Of a stretch of DNA of 64,000 nt, positions 12,226 through 24,700 are shown piece after piece. The position numbers and the translations under genes are program-made. The DNA lies in contig OZ210885.1 in NCBI GenBank assembly GCA_964658305.1, positions 12,276,001-12,340,000 of the forward strand. Reading direction: 5' to 3'. This stretch comes from Leptogorgia sarmentosa (Eukaryota). The stretch's first letter is position 1; each line of letters opens with the position of its first letter. Below the pieces are notes generated by a model. The model was not told the origin of the DNA. It searched no databases and worked only from the letters and a program-made list of their open reading frames with translations.

Positions 12226-12885
12226 TAGGATCGTTGTCTTGTTGGAAACAATGGCCGTTCGGGAAATGCGTTGAAATAAGTGGAAGCAATGTATTTCCCA
12301 AAATAGTCTCTACGTAAAATTCTGCATCCATGCATCCAGTGAATATGGCTATCCCCGTGGCTCCACGCTTTGAAATGCCAGCCCAAACGTGGACTTTATA
12401 AGGATGCTTTGGTACTCACTTTTGTCTCGGTGGTTCCAACGAACGATGAAAAGTAATTTTTCCATGCCATTCCATTTGGATCGAACTTTCTCTGTAAAAA
12501 GCACGTCATTGAAGTCATGTTTGCTATCCAAACATATTCGAGCAAATTCTAGATGCTTGGGTTTATTAACCTCTTTCACGAGTTGCCAATATTTTTACCA
12601 CGTGGCCAACCAGCTTAATTAACTTTCTTCTCAATTTCTTAATTTTCGAGGACGAAAATTTGAAACCAAAGTTGGCTTCGATCAGTTGTTGCAGTCTTGG
12701 GGAAGTTAACTCGTCGTTGCTTTCCATCCGCCTGTCAATGAAATTTAAAACGTCCATAGGAACGCTCCGCTTTCGCTGTGGTGGTGCCGTTGACAGCGTC
12801 TGGTTTTGCTTGAACCGCTCAAAAAACTTCCACAAACCCACTCGCGAAATTTCTATCCCTTCACTTTCTAAAATTCGCAATATTT
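12226..12885 (-). pseudogene. Tc1/IS630-family DDE transposase, frameshifted and truncated
   Basis: HTH region, FNDVLFTE, HPYKVHVWAGIS, MDAEFYVETIL, FQQDNDP spread over several frames. Confidence 0.85.
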
Positions 12886-13021
12886 AAATACAATAAAATA
12901 TATACAATATTCAAATACAATAAAATATATCATTTATATATAGAAAACATGCAATACATAGTTTACAATACAACTATACTGTATATTAGGCACATAGTAT
13001 ATATATCAACTATAGAAAGTT

Positions 13022-14800
13022 CTATTTCATCAATGACAAAAAATGTTCAACATTTACTGGCACAGCAGTTTTTTGCTCTGCAATTAAAATGTGCTCTAAA
13101 AAAACAAATATGTTCTTGCTATGCCCAATCGCACCTCGTCGATATTGTGCATTGAACACATAGTATGACGCCATTAGACAAATTACTGAATTTAAGATGC
13201 TTATCTTTTTAAATTTGGCGACAACCATTCCTTCTGGAAACAGCAGCGATGTATGTAGCTCAGCAATTGATCGAGTGGACAGCAGTCTCGGTGATGTACA
13301 TTCGGCCACCCTTTTATTCATCACGTCACCCACTGTGTCATCCTGTGAATTGTAAACAAGATTAGAAATTCAAATATCAGTCAGGCATTTGCCTATAGAT
13401 AACAAGTGGTATTTTACATCGCTCGCATTCTATTTAGAAACATTAAACTTACATCAAGAATCTCCCAGAAAAGCTCGCCTGTTTTATTTTGGTGGGTGTG
13501 TCTGTCTCCAAGCGCAAAGGAAAGGATGCCATAATGCATCTGTTTTCCATCTCTAAAATTGCAAAATATAATATATTTCATTTTGCTGAACCAAAATAAT
13601 AATATCACATACCCCTTTCATCTTCTGCTGTTTTGGCACTTTTTCAGAGCTGACAGGATCTTTTGTTTATTGAGGTTCAATCTTCCTCTCGTGTCCTTTA
13701 CAATTTCTGGTTTCTCCAAAATTCTTCCCAATTCTGCTTTCAACTAAAAGTGTGACAATTTTTTTAATTATATTGTTTACCTGAGTGGCTTTAAGACATA
13801 ACAGAAATCATATTCACTGTACTGTTGATACTGAGACACAAATTACTGAAGAGCCTACCTCAATTCCTTTAGCATTCTTTAAGAAAGGGTAATCGTGGAG
13901 AATCTTTCAAACTCGTGTGTTATTTCCAACCACATCTCGTCTTCGTTTTGGAAAAGTGTTATCCATTAAGACTTTAACTTTTTGGAGGTCTTGGAAATCC
14001 CACACGCCAAACCCTAAAGTGACTCTAATAGTCTTAAACAGAAAGGTGTGTACCATTTGAGCTGTTAGATAAAAAATGTTATTGATTTTATCCCCTGATT
14101 TACTCCTCTTTCTGACTTTTTTTCACCAATTGACTAGACAAATGTGGTGCCTGGCAAAATTGCTTCCCTTGGTAATTGGTGGTGCAATCCCAAATGAGGA
14201 TGAGAAATGGTAACATTTTTTGCCTCTGCTCAAAATCATGGCTATTGTGTTTGCACCTGTTACAAGTGTAGATGAACTGGCAATTCTGGAAGGTTACGTT
14301 GAGGACTTTCTGTGGCAATAGACCTTACCGATTATTCTCGTTTACCCAATGGCCTCGTTTTCATGTTTGCTTCTTTTCGTTTGATAAGCTCATATAAAGG
14401 TTATTTTCCGACTTTTTCCAAATTAATTTGTTTGTTGAGCTTAAACTCAATCAAAAGCGTACTAAATTTTAACCATACTGTGCGCGAAATACGAGTATAT
14501 ATACAGCATGGAAACGAGGCCATTGGGTAAAATGTGAATAATCGGTAAGGTCTATTTATCTACATCTAAAAACCCAGACAACAATAATCGAAAAATACTC
14601 ATATCTCCATTGGATCATCCTCATTGTGATTAAGTTCTTGAATGCTTTCTGGATTTTTACTTTTTGCTTTTTAGCTGATTCTCCTCTGATTTCAATTTCT
14701 CAAGTGCTTTCAGAAACTTCGTTCTTGGGCAGATTGGTGGAATAAGAAGCTCAACTCCTCTCTCTGTCAATAGTGCTTCAAATCCGCACTCCCCTTTCCT
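13022..14800 (-). pseudogene. Degraded intron-containing CACTA/EnSpm-accessory (SAMD3-like) ORF
   Basis: LMDNTFPKRRRDVV...KILHDYPFLK (about 13860-14000) and C-terminal YYVFNAQY...FLEHIL; related pieces at 10300-10800 and 4760-4870. Confidence 0.5.
14317..14556. mobile_element. MITE with 21-bp perfect TIR
   Basis: AATAGACCTTACCGATTATTC / GAATAATCGGTAAGGTCTATT plus inner TTTACCCAATG / CATTGGGTAAA. Confidence 0.8.
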
Positions 14801-14870
14801 TCACGTTTCAAAACTGGAAACTAGCTCGCGTTGGCAGAGTTCCTGAGACACACTAAACAGTATTAGTAAG

Positions 14871-16337
14871 CAGGGGGGGGCGGTCCGGGCGGATCCAGCA
14901 TTTTGTTTGACCGGTGCTCGGATAAAGACCCACAGCAATTTAGTGGGGTCTGGGGGCATGCCCCCCCCCGGAAAATTTTTGAAATTCGGACCTCGCAAAT
15001 GGCTTTTCCAGCATTCTGAGCGAACCTTTCAAGAACAAATACACCTTTCAAATTGAGCAAAATAGAGGCGCAATTGCAGAAAAAATGTAAATAAAACATC
15101 ACCAATACACAAGACGATTAGACGATGACGCCATTAGATTGAAAATAAACTAGACCTATACAAAACAAATATGCTTACCATGCGCATCCGAATTCCACTC
15201 ACCTTTCGTCTCTTATATACGTAGGAAAAGAAAAGAAATAAAGTACGTACTTCAAAGCACCAAATACATGCTTACACTGCTTCGGAATTAACAATTCAGC
15301 ATACATATCTCGCGTGTAGTATATAGATATAGACCTTTGACCTTTTGTAATTGTTGGCAAGCTATAGTGACACTATACGGTAACACGATACCTTAGTAAC
15401 AGAAGGGTAGCTAGTGTCTTGTCTGGTATAGAAAACGTGTGTGTTAAAAATAGTTGAAGACTATATAATAAAACTACGGAAACGTGTTTGGTATTTTCAC
15501 TGATACTACACGCGCATGCTTTCCACCACCAAAAGTATCCCATGTTTTCGCTTGAGATATACCCAAGACAACTTTTGGCTGCAAATCCTTTCTCATTCTA
15601 TCGATCGCGACAGTTTTTCCCTCTCTCAACAATGAACAATCGTACTCTATTTGCATACGTTCCGCCATAATGATCCGAGAGCGTGGGCAATGATGAATAC
15701 CGCGGATACCGCGGATGTGATAATTTATTTTTTATTGCCAGTGCGATTCGCCCGCAATCTGCACGAGAGCACCGGTCAGTCATCTTTTTTAAAGCATGTA
15801 AACAATACATTTCACGGCCAGTTGGTGCCAGGAGACTGGAGACCGGTGCGAAACACGGCCGAAAGGACTCGGGATCAGAGCGAAACACGGCCAAAAGGAC
15901 TCGGGACCGGTGCGAAACACGGCCAAAAGGACTCGGGATCGGTGCGCAAATAGTGCAAATTATTCAAATTATTCCTGGTAATTATTACGACTGAAACATT
16001 AATCCATAATTTCATTTCAACTGATTTCAGTTAAATTATTCCGGTTTAAGGTTCAGAACATTCACGCGACATATTTGGCGATATTAATGCGAGTTATTTT
16101 GGGTCGATTTGACGATTCTGCGTGAAAAGCGTTACAGCTTCAAACTTTCAAGGGTGATCAAGGAAGAAATATAAGTTGTTTTGTAAAAAGGCAATGTAAA
16201 TTATGTAATAAAGTGAATAAAAGATATTAGAGCCGCTTTATGTCTAGTGTGACTGATATGAAAGAGAATTGCGCAATCATTTTGGAACGTTTGACAGGTG
16301 CATTAGCACCAGTCGCACCGGTATGGATCCGCCCCTG
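14871..16337. mobile_element. Non-autonomous hAT-like element
   Basis: Ends CAGGGG...GGCGGATCCA and TGGATCCGCCCCTG; flanks TTAGTAAG and T(A)TAGTAAG resemble an 8-bp TSD. Confidence 0.55.
15841..15946 (+). repeat. 32-bp tandem repeat, 3.3 copies
   Basis: GACCGGTGCGAAACACGGCCAAAAGGACTCGG at 15841, 15873, 15905 and a partial copy at 15937; no spacers. Confidence 0.9.
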
Positions 16338-16799
16338 TATAGTAAGAAGCATTATAATGTGGCGATCTAGCTATTGGGATGTTTCAAGTATAATTACTTC
16401 ACCTACAAACTTATTCGTTGTTTCCTTAATCTTGTTGACGATGTTTATTCAATTTTACAGTGTGTGAAAAAAAAATTGACATGTTGATTGCAATTCTCAT
16501 CTAAATACACGTGGTAGTGGCCGAGTGGTTAAGGCGACGCAATTTTCCCTTTCGTAAACGTCAACAATCCTCCAGCCGTTCACCTGAACAAGCGTACCAA
16601 GAAAGTGGAGTTAGGACTCTGAAATCGCCGTTTCCGGCAATCCAGAGGTTGTAAAAGCTCGCTCGGCGCCAACCATGGTGGCGCCTCGTGACATTCCCTA
16701 CCCTCAAATTCGGGCAAAGATCTTTCTGCCCCCCCTGAAAAAATGTACCCCGTACGCTTATGTCCCCCCCCCACTTTTTGGGACGGATTGACGCCCTTG

Positions 16800-17088
16800 A
16801 TTGAAACACAGGATAAGTTTGTCAATATATTGTCGGCCGTGAACTTTTGTTTTGCGTACATTTACTATTTTCATGAAAGGTCGCCGGTCGTAGCCGCGTT
16901 TAATCAATTCACGGCTCAATTCCTGAGTATAAGTTTATGTTTTTAAATGCAAGACTTCACAAAATATTTACAAACTTTAATCAAAAGAACACGAGCGAAC
17001 ACTTGAGTCTGGCTGGAAATTGTTTCATATCAAAGACTGACTTGAATATTTAAAACGTTTTATGCAAATAAATGTAGTATTTCGCACC
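16800..17088 (+). repeat. Third partial copy of the palindrome-arm sequence (24988-25272)
   Basis: GAACTTTTGTTTTGCGTA...CAAGACTTCACAAAATATTTACAAACTTTA...ATGTAGTATTTCGCACC shared. Confidence 0.8.
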
Positions 17089-17389
17089 TAATATCATTGT
17101 TGTCAATTTCCTGGACACTGATTGGCTAAAAAGCTTCAACAACTGTGCAAATTAAACTGAATTGCACGGTTTCAAGCCCGCGATACATTATAAAAACAAA
17201 TAAATAAACGCTTAAATCAACGCTAAAATTCTTGTTTTTTTGTCATTTATTGTCAACTTTGGACAAAAAAGGTTAGTGAACGTGTACTACAATGATATTA
17301 ATACGAAATTACACTTGTTCTCAAATTCCTTGACTATTCTTGCCTTTTAACACTTTCACAATGTCTGGGATGTTGAAAAACACTAAGAA

Positions 17390-18116
17390 AACAAATTTTG
17401 ACGTACGCGCATGCGCAATGCGCTTGACGAAATTATATTCAGTTTTCTTCGCTCAAAAAATTTTTTTTCGTTTTTTCCTTGGCTATCCTTGCTTTTTAAC
17501 ACATTCAAAACTAGTCCCACAACAACCACTCCTCAAGAGTGTAACGTATATATAAATAATATAACGTATAAATAAATATATAAATACGAGGCCGTAACAT
17601 AGCTTATTGGTTCAAATGTTACGACATTGATTTTCGCTAAAGGACAAGGTGCTTATCACATATGAATGTCAAAGTCATATATTTGTACCGGTCAAGTGAT
17701 AGCGGGCACCCCCGATGCGTTCCGGTTGCCTTAGTAAGTCCCTACTGGCGATCTACAAGACTCGTTCTGTGCGGATTGTAGGACAAATTTTGACGTACGC
17801 GCATGCGCAATGAAATTCACAAAACGAGTCCCACAACAACCACTCCTCAAGAGTGTAACGTATATAAATAATATAATAAATACGAGGCCGTAACATAGCT
17901 TATTGGTTCAAATGCTACGACATTGCTTTTCGCTAAAGGACAAGGTGCTTATCACGCTAAAGGACAAGGTGCTTATCACATATGGTCTAGGGGCCGATCT
18001 GGATCTCCATGCTCTTTGAGTGTCGTGAATGTCAAAGTCCTACATTTGTACCGGTCAAGTGATAGCGGGCATCCCCGATGCGTTCCGGTTGCCTTAGTAA
18101 GTCCCTACTGGCGATC
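17390..18116 (+). repeat. Tandem duplication of a unit of about 350-390 bp ending in a GC-rich hairpin core
   Basis: CAAATTTTGACGTACGCGCATGCGCAATG at about 17392 and 17784; core 17681-17753 matches 18044-18116 (1 mismatch). Confidence 0.85.
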
Positions 18117-18819
18117 CTTCAGTGTACTAACTTTTATAGCATGATATTGAGATTGCATGTTTTATCTATATTGGGACATTCGGTCCATATTGCTCTATAT
18201 TAGACAAAAAATACGCATATAGTACACTGGAGGGCATAATAAACAATCGCAAAAACGTCCGCTGTAATACAATTTTGTTGCATGCTATCAGATTTAATCT
18301 CAGTCTTGTATTAAGAGGGTTATTTTTTTCCACGTCGCGTATTTTCGACGAAATGTGTTCAAAGTCCGAAATCTTTTTCGCGTCCCTCTCAAAATCAAAT
18401 TATTCTATGATTATTGTCTCGACAAAACTATTTTCTATCTTCGAAACTCTGTCTGGGTATTGAGAAACTAAAAGGAACATAAAATTATGAACATCAATGT
18501 TTGTATAACCAACGTAATATAAATGAAGCCGCTTGATTTCAACAATAAATGCAAGATTTCAAACGTTATTTTCTCTTTGGCGTACCCTCCAAAATCTTTC
18601 TGTTTTCGTTTTATACATATCATTAATTAAGAATCCATCAAGCTTTTTAAGTGAGTCTGCCAACGGAGAAAGCTAAAAATTTGAAATTTATACGGACGAA
18701 TTTGAGTTTTGGGCGCGAGATACGTGACATCCCGAAAATTCTCGTCTTAATTAATTAACAGTGAATGTTTTATGCTAGAAAGAATGTATCAACTTTTACG
18801 GTCTGAAATGTTGGCAATC

Positions 18820-19455
18820 ATATACTATAGTTTTCAAATGAAACTTGTAAACAAACTTGCGTGAGGTATACACTGCTAGTATTGAAGTTTGCTTTCGTAT
18901 GAATTTGAAGACTTCGTCACAACCTAATTAGTCAAGAACAGCAATTTTGCTAACAGCGCTACAGACTGAGCTTTGCTAAGTTACAGTTATATCGCTAAAA
19001 ACCTGAAAGCAATAAAGGTCCACCTGTTGTTTGGTCTCTGGTTATCGCATGCTCAAGTCTGTATTGAATAAGCCCGAAGTGAGGATGGAGGCTGCTTTGT
19101 TTGGCAATGCTCAATTCAATTTAGGATTTCAACAAATCGTGCCAAGTAGCGCTGTATGCATGACATGTCAGCGATTGAACACGCACCAGTCATATGTATG
19201 TTCACAATGATATAACCACCCAATTGCAAGTATCAGTACAGATAGTAATGAAAAGCTTTAAGCATTTAATAAATAATGATTTATGGCCTCAGCTTTTATA
19301 AAGGGATCCAAATCTTGTCTAGTTTTATCAGTATCTTGTCTGAATAAATTAAGGTTAATTTACAAACAAGCCCTCTTGTATGACAAAAAATCTTAGATAA
19401 ACTAAGTGGTGATATGAGGAGTTTGTGCAATACAAGGCTCACGAGATCACAGATA
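18820..19455 (+). repeat. Dispersed repeat, second copy at about 62850-63450
   Basis: TGTAAACAAACTTGCGTGAGGTA.ACACT...GCTCACGA.ATCACAGATA collinear in both copies. Confidence 0.8.
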
Positions 19456-19464
19456 GTTCGAGAA

Positions 19465-20234
19465 GTATTAATGAAAAATTGCACGCGTGTTTGGCTAAAT
19501 ACCGCGAGTGCACAAGTGCAATTTTTCATTAATACTGGACGAATAATACGAGGACGAAGTCCGAGTTGACTATTAGAGACCTTAAGATTGGCGTATTTTT
19601 TTCACCGCAAACGTCAAGAAGCCACGTGACGAGTGCTTGCGGTAAATTTTGCCGTTTGCGGTTCACGTTTCAACGTGAGGAGGTGCTTCCAGAGGTAAGT
19701 CACTTACTGCAAGTTTTTTTTGCTATTATCACTGTCAAAATTCAGATAAAATGCTTAAAACGTATTTCCTAAATATATTAACAAATCAAATATTTGATTT
19801 ATATCCTTTAAGCGTTTATTTTAAGTCATTTGTGAAGCAAAAACATACATATTGGGCCGCCGCCATCTTGAATTTTTCACACTGCAGTAAACCCACAGAT
19901 CTTAATCTTCTAAAAATCGTATACCGCTGACGGCAACGCCAACGTACGACTGCGGTTCGCGGTTTGCCGTAAACGCCAATCTTAAGGTCTCTAAATTCGC
20001 TCATTGATAACGAGGACGAGTTGTTTAATTGTTTTAGTATACACTCTATGCCCCGAATTGTTTATATCAAGAAAATTCTTCAGAAACCTCAGCAAAACGC
20101 CAGTTATTCTGCAGTAACCATATTGCTTTCCGTTACTTTTTCGCGAAACGTGGTCTATCACGGAATAGACAACGGCTGAGTAGCCAATCAGAATGTAGCA
20201 TTTGTAATAGACGATGGTTGGGTGTATGCTAAAA
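19465..20234 (-). mobile_element. GA-hairpin/CCAATCAG element (reverse orientation), interrupted by a MITE
   Basis: AC-GA-GGAC-GAA-GTCC-GA-GT at 19548-19566; inverted repeat TTTTAGTATACAC (20032-20044) / GTGTATGCTAAAA (20222-20234); CCAATCAGA at 20184. Confidence 0.55.
19574..19993. mobile_element. MITE with 21-bp perfect TIR
   Basis: TAGAGACCTTAAGATTGGCGT / ACGCCAATCTTAAGGTCTCTA. Confidence 0.85.
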
Positions 20235-20374
20235 CTCTATAGAAACACGGGAAATGTTTTCTATTTCTTAAAAATCATTTATAATTTCGTATTCTACTAA
20301 AAAAACTATTTTTGATTTCAAATATTACATGCATGTGTTTAAAAGTGTCTGTGCAAATTTACATTCCTATGGGC

Positions 20375-21743
20375 TTATCTCCTTCCAGCACATTCTTGAA
20401 AACATCCTGCATCCGACAGCTGCAAACTATTCAAAGCGGTATTTAGTCTTAAACAAATTGCAAATGGCCCCTTTACTTTTCTTTCTTCGCCGAATATGAT
20501 TGAACAGTCATCGTCATTGTCTTCATCAACATCATCATCACCAGAATCATCACCATCATCACTACCATCATCACCATCACCATCACCATCACCATCATCA
20601 TCATCATCATCACCATCCTCATCACCATCATCACTACCATCACCATAATCATCACTATCATCTCCACCATAACCATCATCATCACCATCATTATCATCAT
20701 CACCATCATCACCATCACCATCCAGATGACCGTCACCCACATCGTCCCTTACATCCCAGTCCAGTTGTTCTGTGTGGAGATCAGGTGTGTAGCATACACC
20801 ATAGGCAAACACTTGCTTAATATTATTCTCATCGGTAAAGCAAATCAGAGAGCCAGAATCACCGTCCTTCAGAAATTCCTCCGCATTTCCTTTGATTACC
20901 ACTGCATTCTTGAACACAAGTTTACCCTCGCTAGACTTCTCATTGTAGCTGGCCCGAAAAATTTTGCCGGTATGTTCAGGTTCACAAGGAAAACCGTACT
21001 TATTGACTTCAACAGGATTATTACTCTCTCCACCGAAGGTTGTTCTGTTGAACAATTCTGACCATATACTTTGCCAATCAGGCGCATTTACTTCTGATAC
21101 ACTACAATTGATATTAGCATCTTCACGAACCTGTATGGACATGATATCAGTGTCGCCATTGAAGCAAGATTCAAAAAATGCACCCAGAGGAACATAGTTG
21201 GCAGTTGCGTTCGCGTTATCATTCTCGTCAAACCGTTCTAACTTTTCTTTATAAAAGTATTCTTGGTTTTTTGCAAAGTTCTTATAGTCGTCGATTGAAC
21301 TCCGAATATCAAGAAAAGCTTGCTGCTGAGTAGCTTGACGAAAACATTGTTCATCAGTGTTGCAGCCAACATGAAAACAGGTTAGGGCATAATGTCTTCC
21401 ATTTTGGAAACAGAACATTGTTAAGGTTCCCGATACTTTACGACTGTCGGATTCCTCGGACATAATTTCATCATCTACGTTTAGTGGATTTGCTTCAGTA
21501 GCTTTGTTGACAGCCACAACACCACCCCCCGATGCCAAACTTGATAGGTACTTATATTCCTGTTTTTGTTTCGGTTCACGAAAAAGCTCAAAGAATTTTT
21601 TGGGATCACATTTGAATTCTTCTTTAATTTCATTGTAAACCTCTGATGTTTTCTTTCCACTTTTAACTGTTACATAAATGTGAGGACGTGGTAATCTTTT
21701 GTTTGGGCCAGTAACTCCATATGCTCCACGTAGCCACGAGAAA
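20375..21743 (-). CDS. Terminal exon: trypsin-fold (NAL1/S64-like) serine protease with poly-Asp insertion
   Basis: GTLTMF...ALTCFHV (His 21371-21373), DTDIM (Asp 21146-21148), GDSGS (Ser 20855-20857); acceptor CTGACAG before 21743; stop TAA at 20375-20377. Confidence 0.8.
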
Positions 21744-24700
21744 CTGTCAGAATGAAATTGAAAAGAATTAGAAAATATGCATGTCACGAAATTTAAGTAG
21801 TGATTACAGCTTGGGAGAGGAGTGGCGTAGCTAGCGGTCCTGCTGGTCCTGCTGAGCATGACTAAAAATTTCCATAAAATGGACAAATCATTTTCCAACT
21901 GAACTTAAATTATTCCTTTTTTTATTTTTCCTTTCTCTCGTCCAAATTCTGGCCATTCTTCATTATTTTTTAAAAAAATTTAAGCAAAAAATCCCGCTTA
22001 CTAAAAGATTTACGCAATTTTTCCATTTTGTTAGTCTGTTACTTAGCAAGTAGCAACTGTGAATCTAGAAGGTTTCACTTCTGCTATTTTTTGAATGCAG
22101 GAGTTGCAATACTATTTAATACAAAAAATTCTGGTTTCTGATTGGGTAATTTGCCCTGCGCATTCTTAGGACGGGTGTTTACAACGACGAGGTCCTGTTC
22201 TCTCGCGAAGGCAGGACTGCCAAAAATGTATTATTTATAAAGCAAGCTTTCTGCGTGATTTCACGCGTTTTACTGTGGCTGTTGTGGCGCGACTAAATTA
22301 CAACTATGCAAGCAGCTTTCAGCGTGACTACAGACACGTGTAGTTTTTGTCCGTTTAAAGACACGTATAGGCTGTATATTTTATGTGATATTCATAATGT
22401 CTCGGGCAGATGATATAGAGCATTTTACTGATATAGAGCAAGACTCGTTGCTTCACGGAGAGATGTCAAATTGTCAATAGACGTAACAATAATAGCTAGC
22501 AAAATTAGCATGATATTATGATAAGCACCAGGTTTTAATGCACAGCCAACATCAACTACAGTATACATATTATTTTGAAATAAACATTTAATATGACGAC
22601 TGCAGTGCACAGGGCTCAGTTATTACAGTGTTTATGTCTGTACGTGGTAATAAAGTCACAAAGACCTATATGAGCTAATATTCAACGCAATTAACAAACG
22701 GATTTCATGTCTATATTTTGTGTTCAATTTGCCAAAATTATAACCCTTAATTATTTCAGTTAAACTGGTTGTGATCAGTCATCAGTCAGTCCCCAGATCG
22801 CAGCAAATAGCATTTCCGAGATTCTAGTTTTCAAACTTTTCCGGGGGAGAATACCTGAGCCCCCCCCTCCTACAGTTCTCGCGCCTTTGGTGCTCGAAGC
22901 AGGACCAAACATTTTTCGCTGGCTACGCCACTGTGGGAGAGAATCTTAACTTGGATCAATTCGCATCACACAAAAATATGACGAATCGAATGATCCCGGG
23001 GACATCCATCTGGAAATAAAGTTTCTCGGCCATGCTTCGTAAACTTTTGTAGTATACTCTTCGACAACGAACAATTTTCGAATAATACTAGAAATACATA
23101 TATGCAGCAACCCTCTCGCCTTACTAGCCAATTAATACAACTATATTTTTGGAACATGAAGTACTTCAAAGGCTCCTGAGGTTGTTGTCATGGCAACACG
23201 ATCGGAAATTCCTATTTCTGTATTTTTTTGAAAACAGTCAAAATATCAGCTGTTATTTTTTTCCGGTCCGTAACCTAAATACAGCTTTCTGATTGGTTGC
23301 CGAGCGGTCCGTAACCTACTTTACGGACCGCTCGCATGCATTCTCGTAGATTTAATACAAATATAGTCAATGTTTTTGTTTTTTAAAATTGAATGGCCGC
23401 TTATTAAAATATTCAAAACGAATTTAGGCGATAAAGAACACATGAAAGTTCATTTTATTATGCTAAGGGTATTTTAGGGGGTATTTACAGCGACAAAAAC
23501 AAGTTTCGTCAGTATCAACAAAACAAAACATTCTCGGCGAAATATTTCGGTGTCTAAAGCGTATTTTAACCATGTTTCTATCGTGAAACGACCGGGAAAA
23601 TAAATAATTTTAACAAGTTTACCTTTTTCATTGTAATGTTGAGTGGAAATGCGTGAATATGGAAGAAAATGCGTCAAAATTGAAGGTTTTTTCTCACTTC
23701 GTCTTGGCTGTTTAGCAGCCATACTTGCGATAGAGCAGCAAAGTAAACAAACAAATGATCTCAAAATCTAGTTCGCAACACTGGAATTTTTGACAAATTT
23801 TATCATAACATCGAGGGGAAAAAAATAAATAAGTTATTTACCATTTAGGTCGGTCCGTACTGGAAAATATTTTGTCTCGGTCTCAAAAACGTCCCTACGC
23901 CTTCGGCCTCGGGCCGTTTTTGAGACCTCGACAAAATATTTCCAGTACGGACCTCCCAGCTGGTAAATAAGATATATTTATCTTTGTTTTATTGGCATTT
24001 TTTTAATTTGGAGAACCATTTGTTATCCGTACGTTATTAAGACTAATATAAACTTGAATTTGGTGCGAAATACTACATTTATTTGTATAAAACGTTTTAA
24101 ATATAAAATATTCAAGCCGGTCTTTGATATGAAACAATTTCCAGCCAATGTTCGCTCGTGTTCTTTTGGGGTAAGTTTGTAAATATTTTGTGAAGTCTTG
24201 CCTTTAAAACGATAGATTTATACAATAACTCTGGAATTGAACCGTGAATAGATTAAATGCGGCTATGGCGACCTCTCATACAAATGGTAGACTGTAGATA
24301 GTAAATACGCAAAACAAAAGTTCACTGCCGGCAACATATTGACCAGCTTATCTTGTGTTTCAATCCGTAGTTGTTTGTTTCCCTTTCTCAGCCTTTTATA
24401 TCTTCTGAGAAGGCTTTTCAAGTCTTACAGCGTAGATCTTGTCTTTGTTTTCGCCTTTCCAAAGGACCAAAAGCTTAAAAAGCTTCGGCTCGTCATGATA
24501 GTCCACCATAATTTGGAGATCATTGATGACCACCCATAAACAGTAACCCAAAATGGCTGCCAAATCGAGCAACTTTGGACTCCGCTATGCTGCCCATTAC
24601 CCGGGTGCAAATAGCCGTGCGGAATTGTTACCCTCGCCCGGGCTAACGCCCGGACGGCGCTTCGCGCCGTGGCTCGAGGATTACTGTTTTTGTAAATTTT

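Noticed and set aside
15841..15946. CRISPR-like 32-bp repeats
   Set aside because: Directly tandem with no spacers, eukaryotic context, no cas genes.
16511..16540. tRNA Ser/Leu-like 5' fragment
   Set aside because: Only the A-box/D-arm is present; no anticodon or T arm follows.
20473..20820. Poly-His ORF (+) and Met/Val-rich ORF (-)
   Set aside because: Alternative frames of the GAT/GGT repeat inside the protease exon.
21744..21898. N-terminal part of the 507-aa ORF
   Set aside because: Lies in intron and hAT MITE sequence upstream of a good acceptor at 21743.
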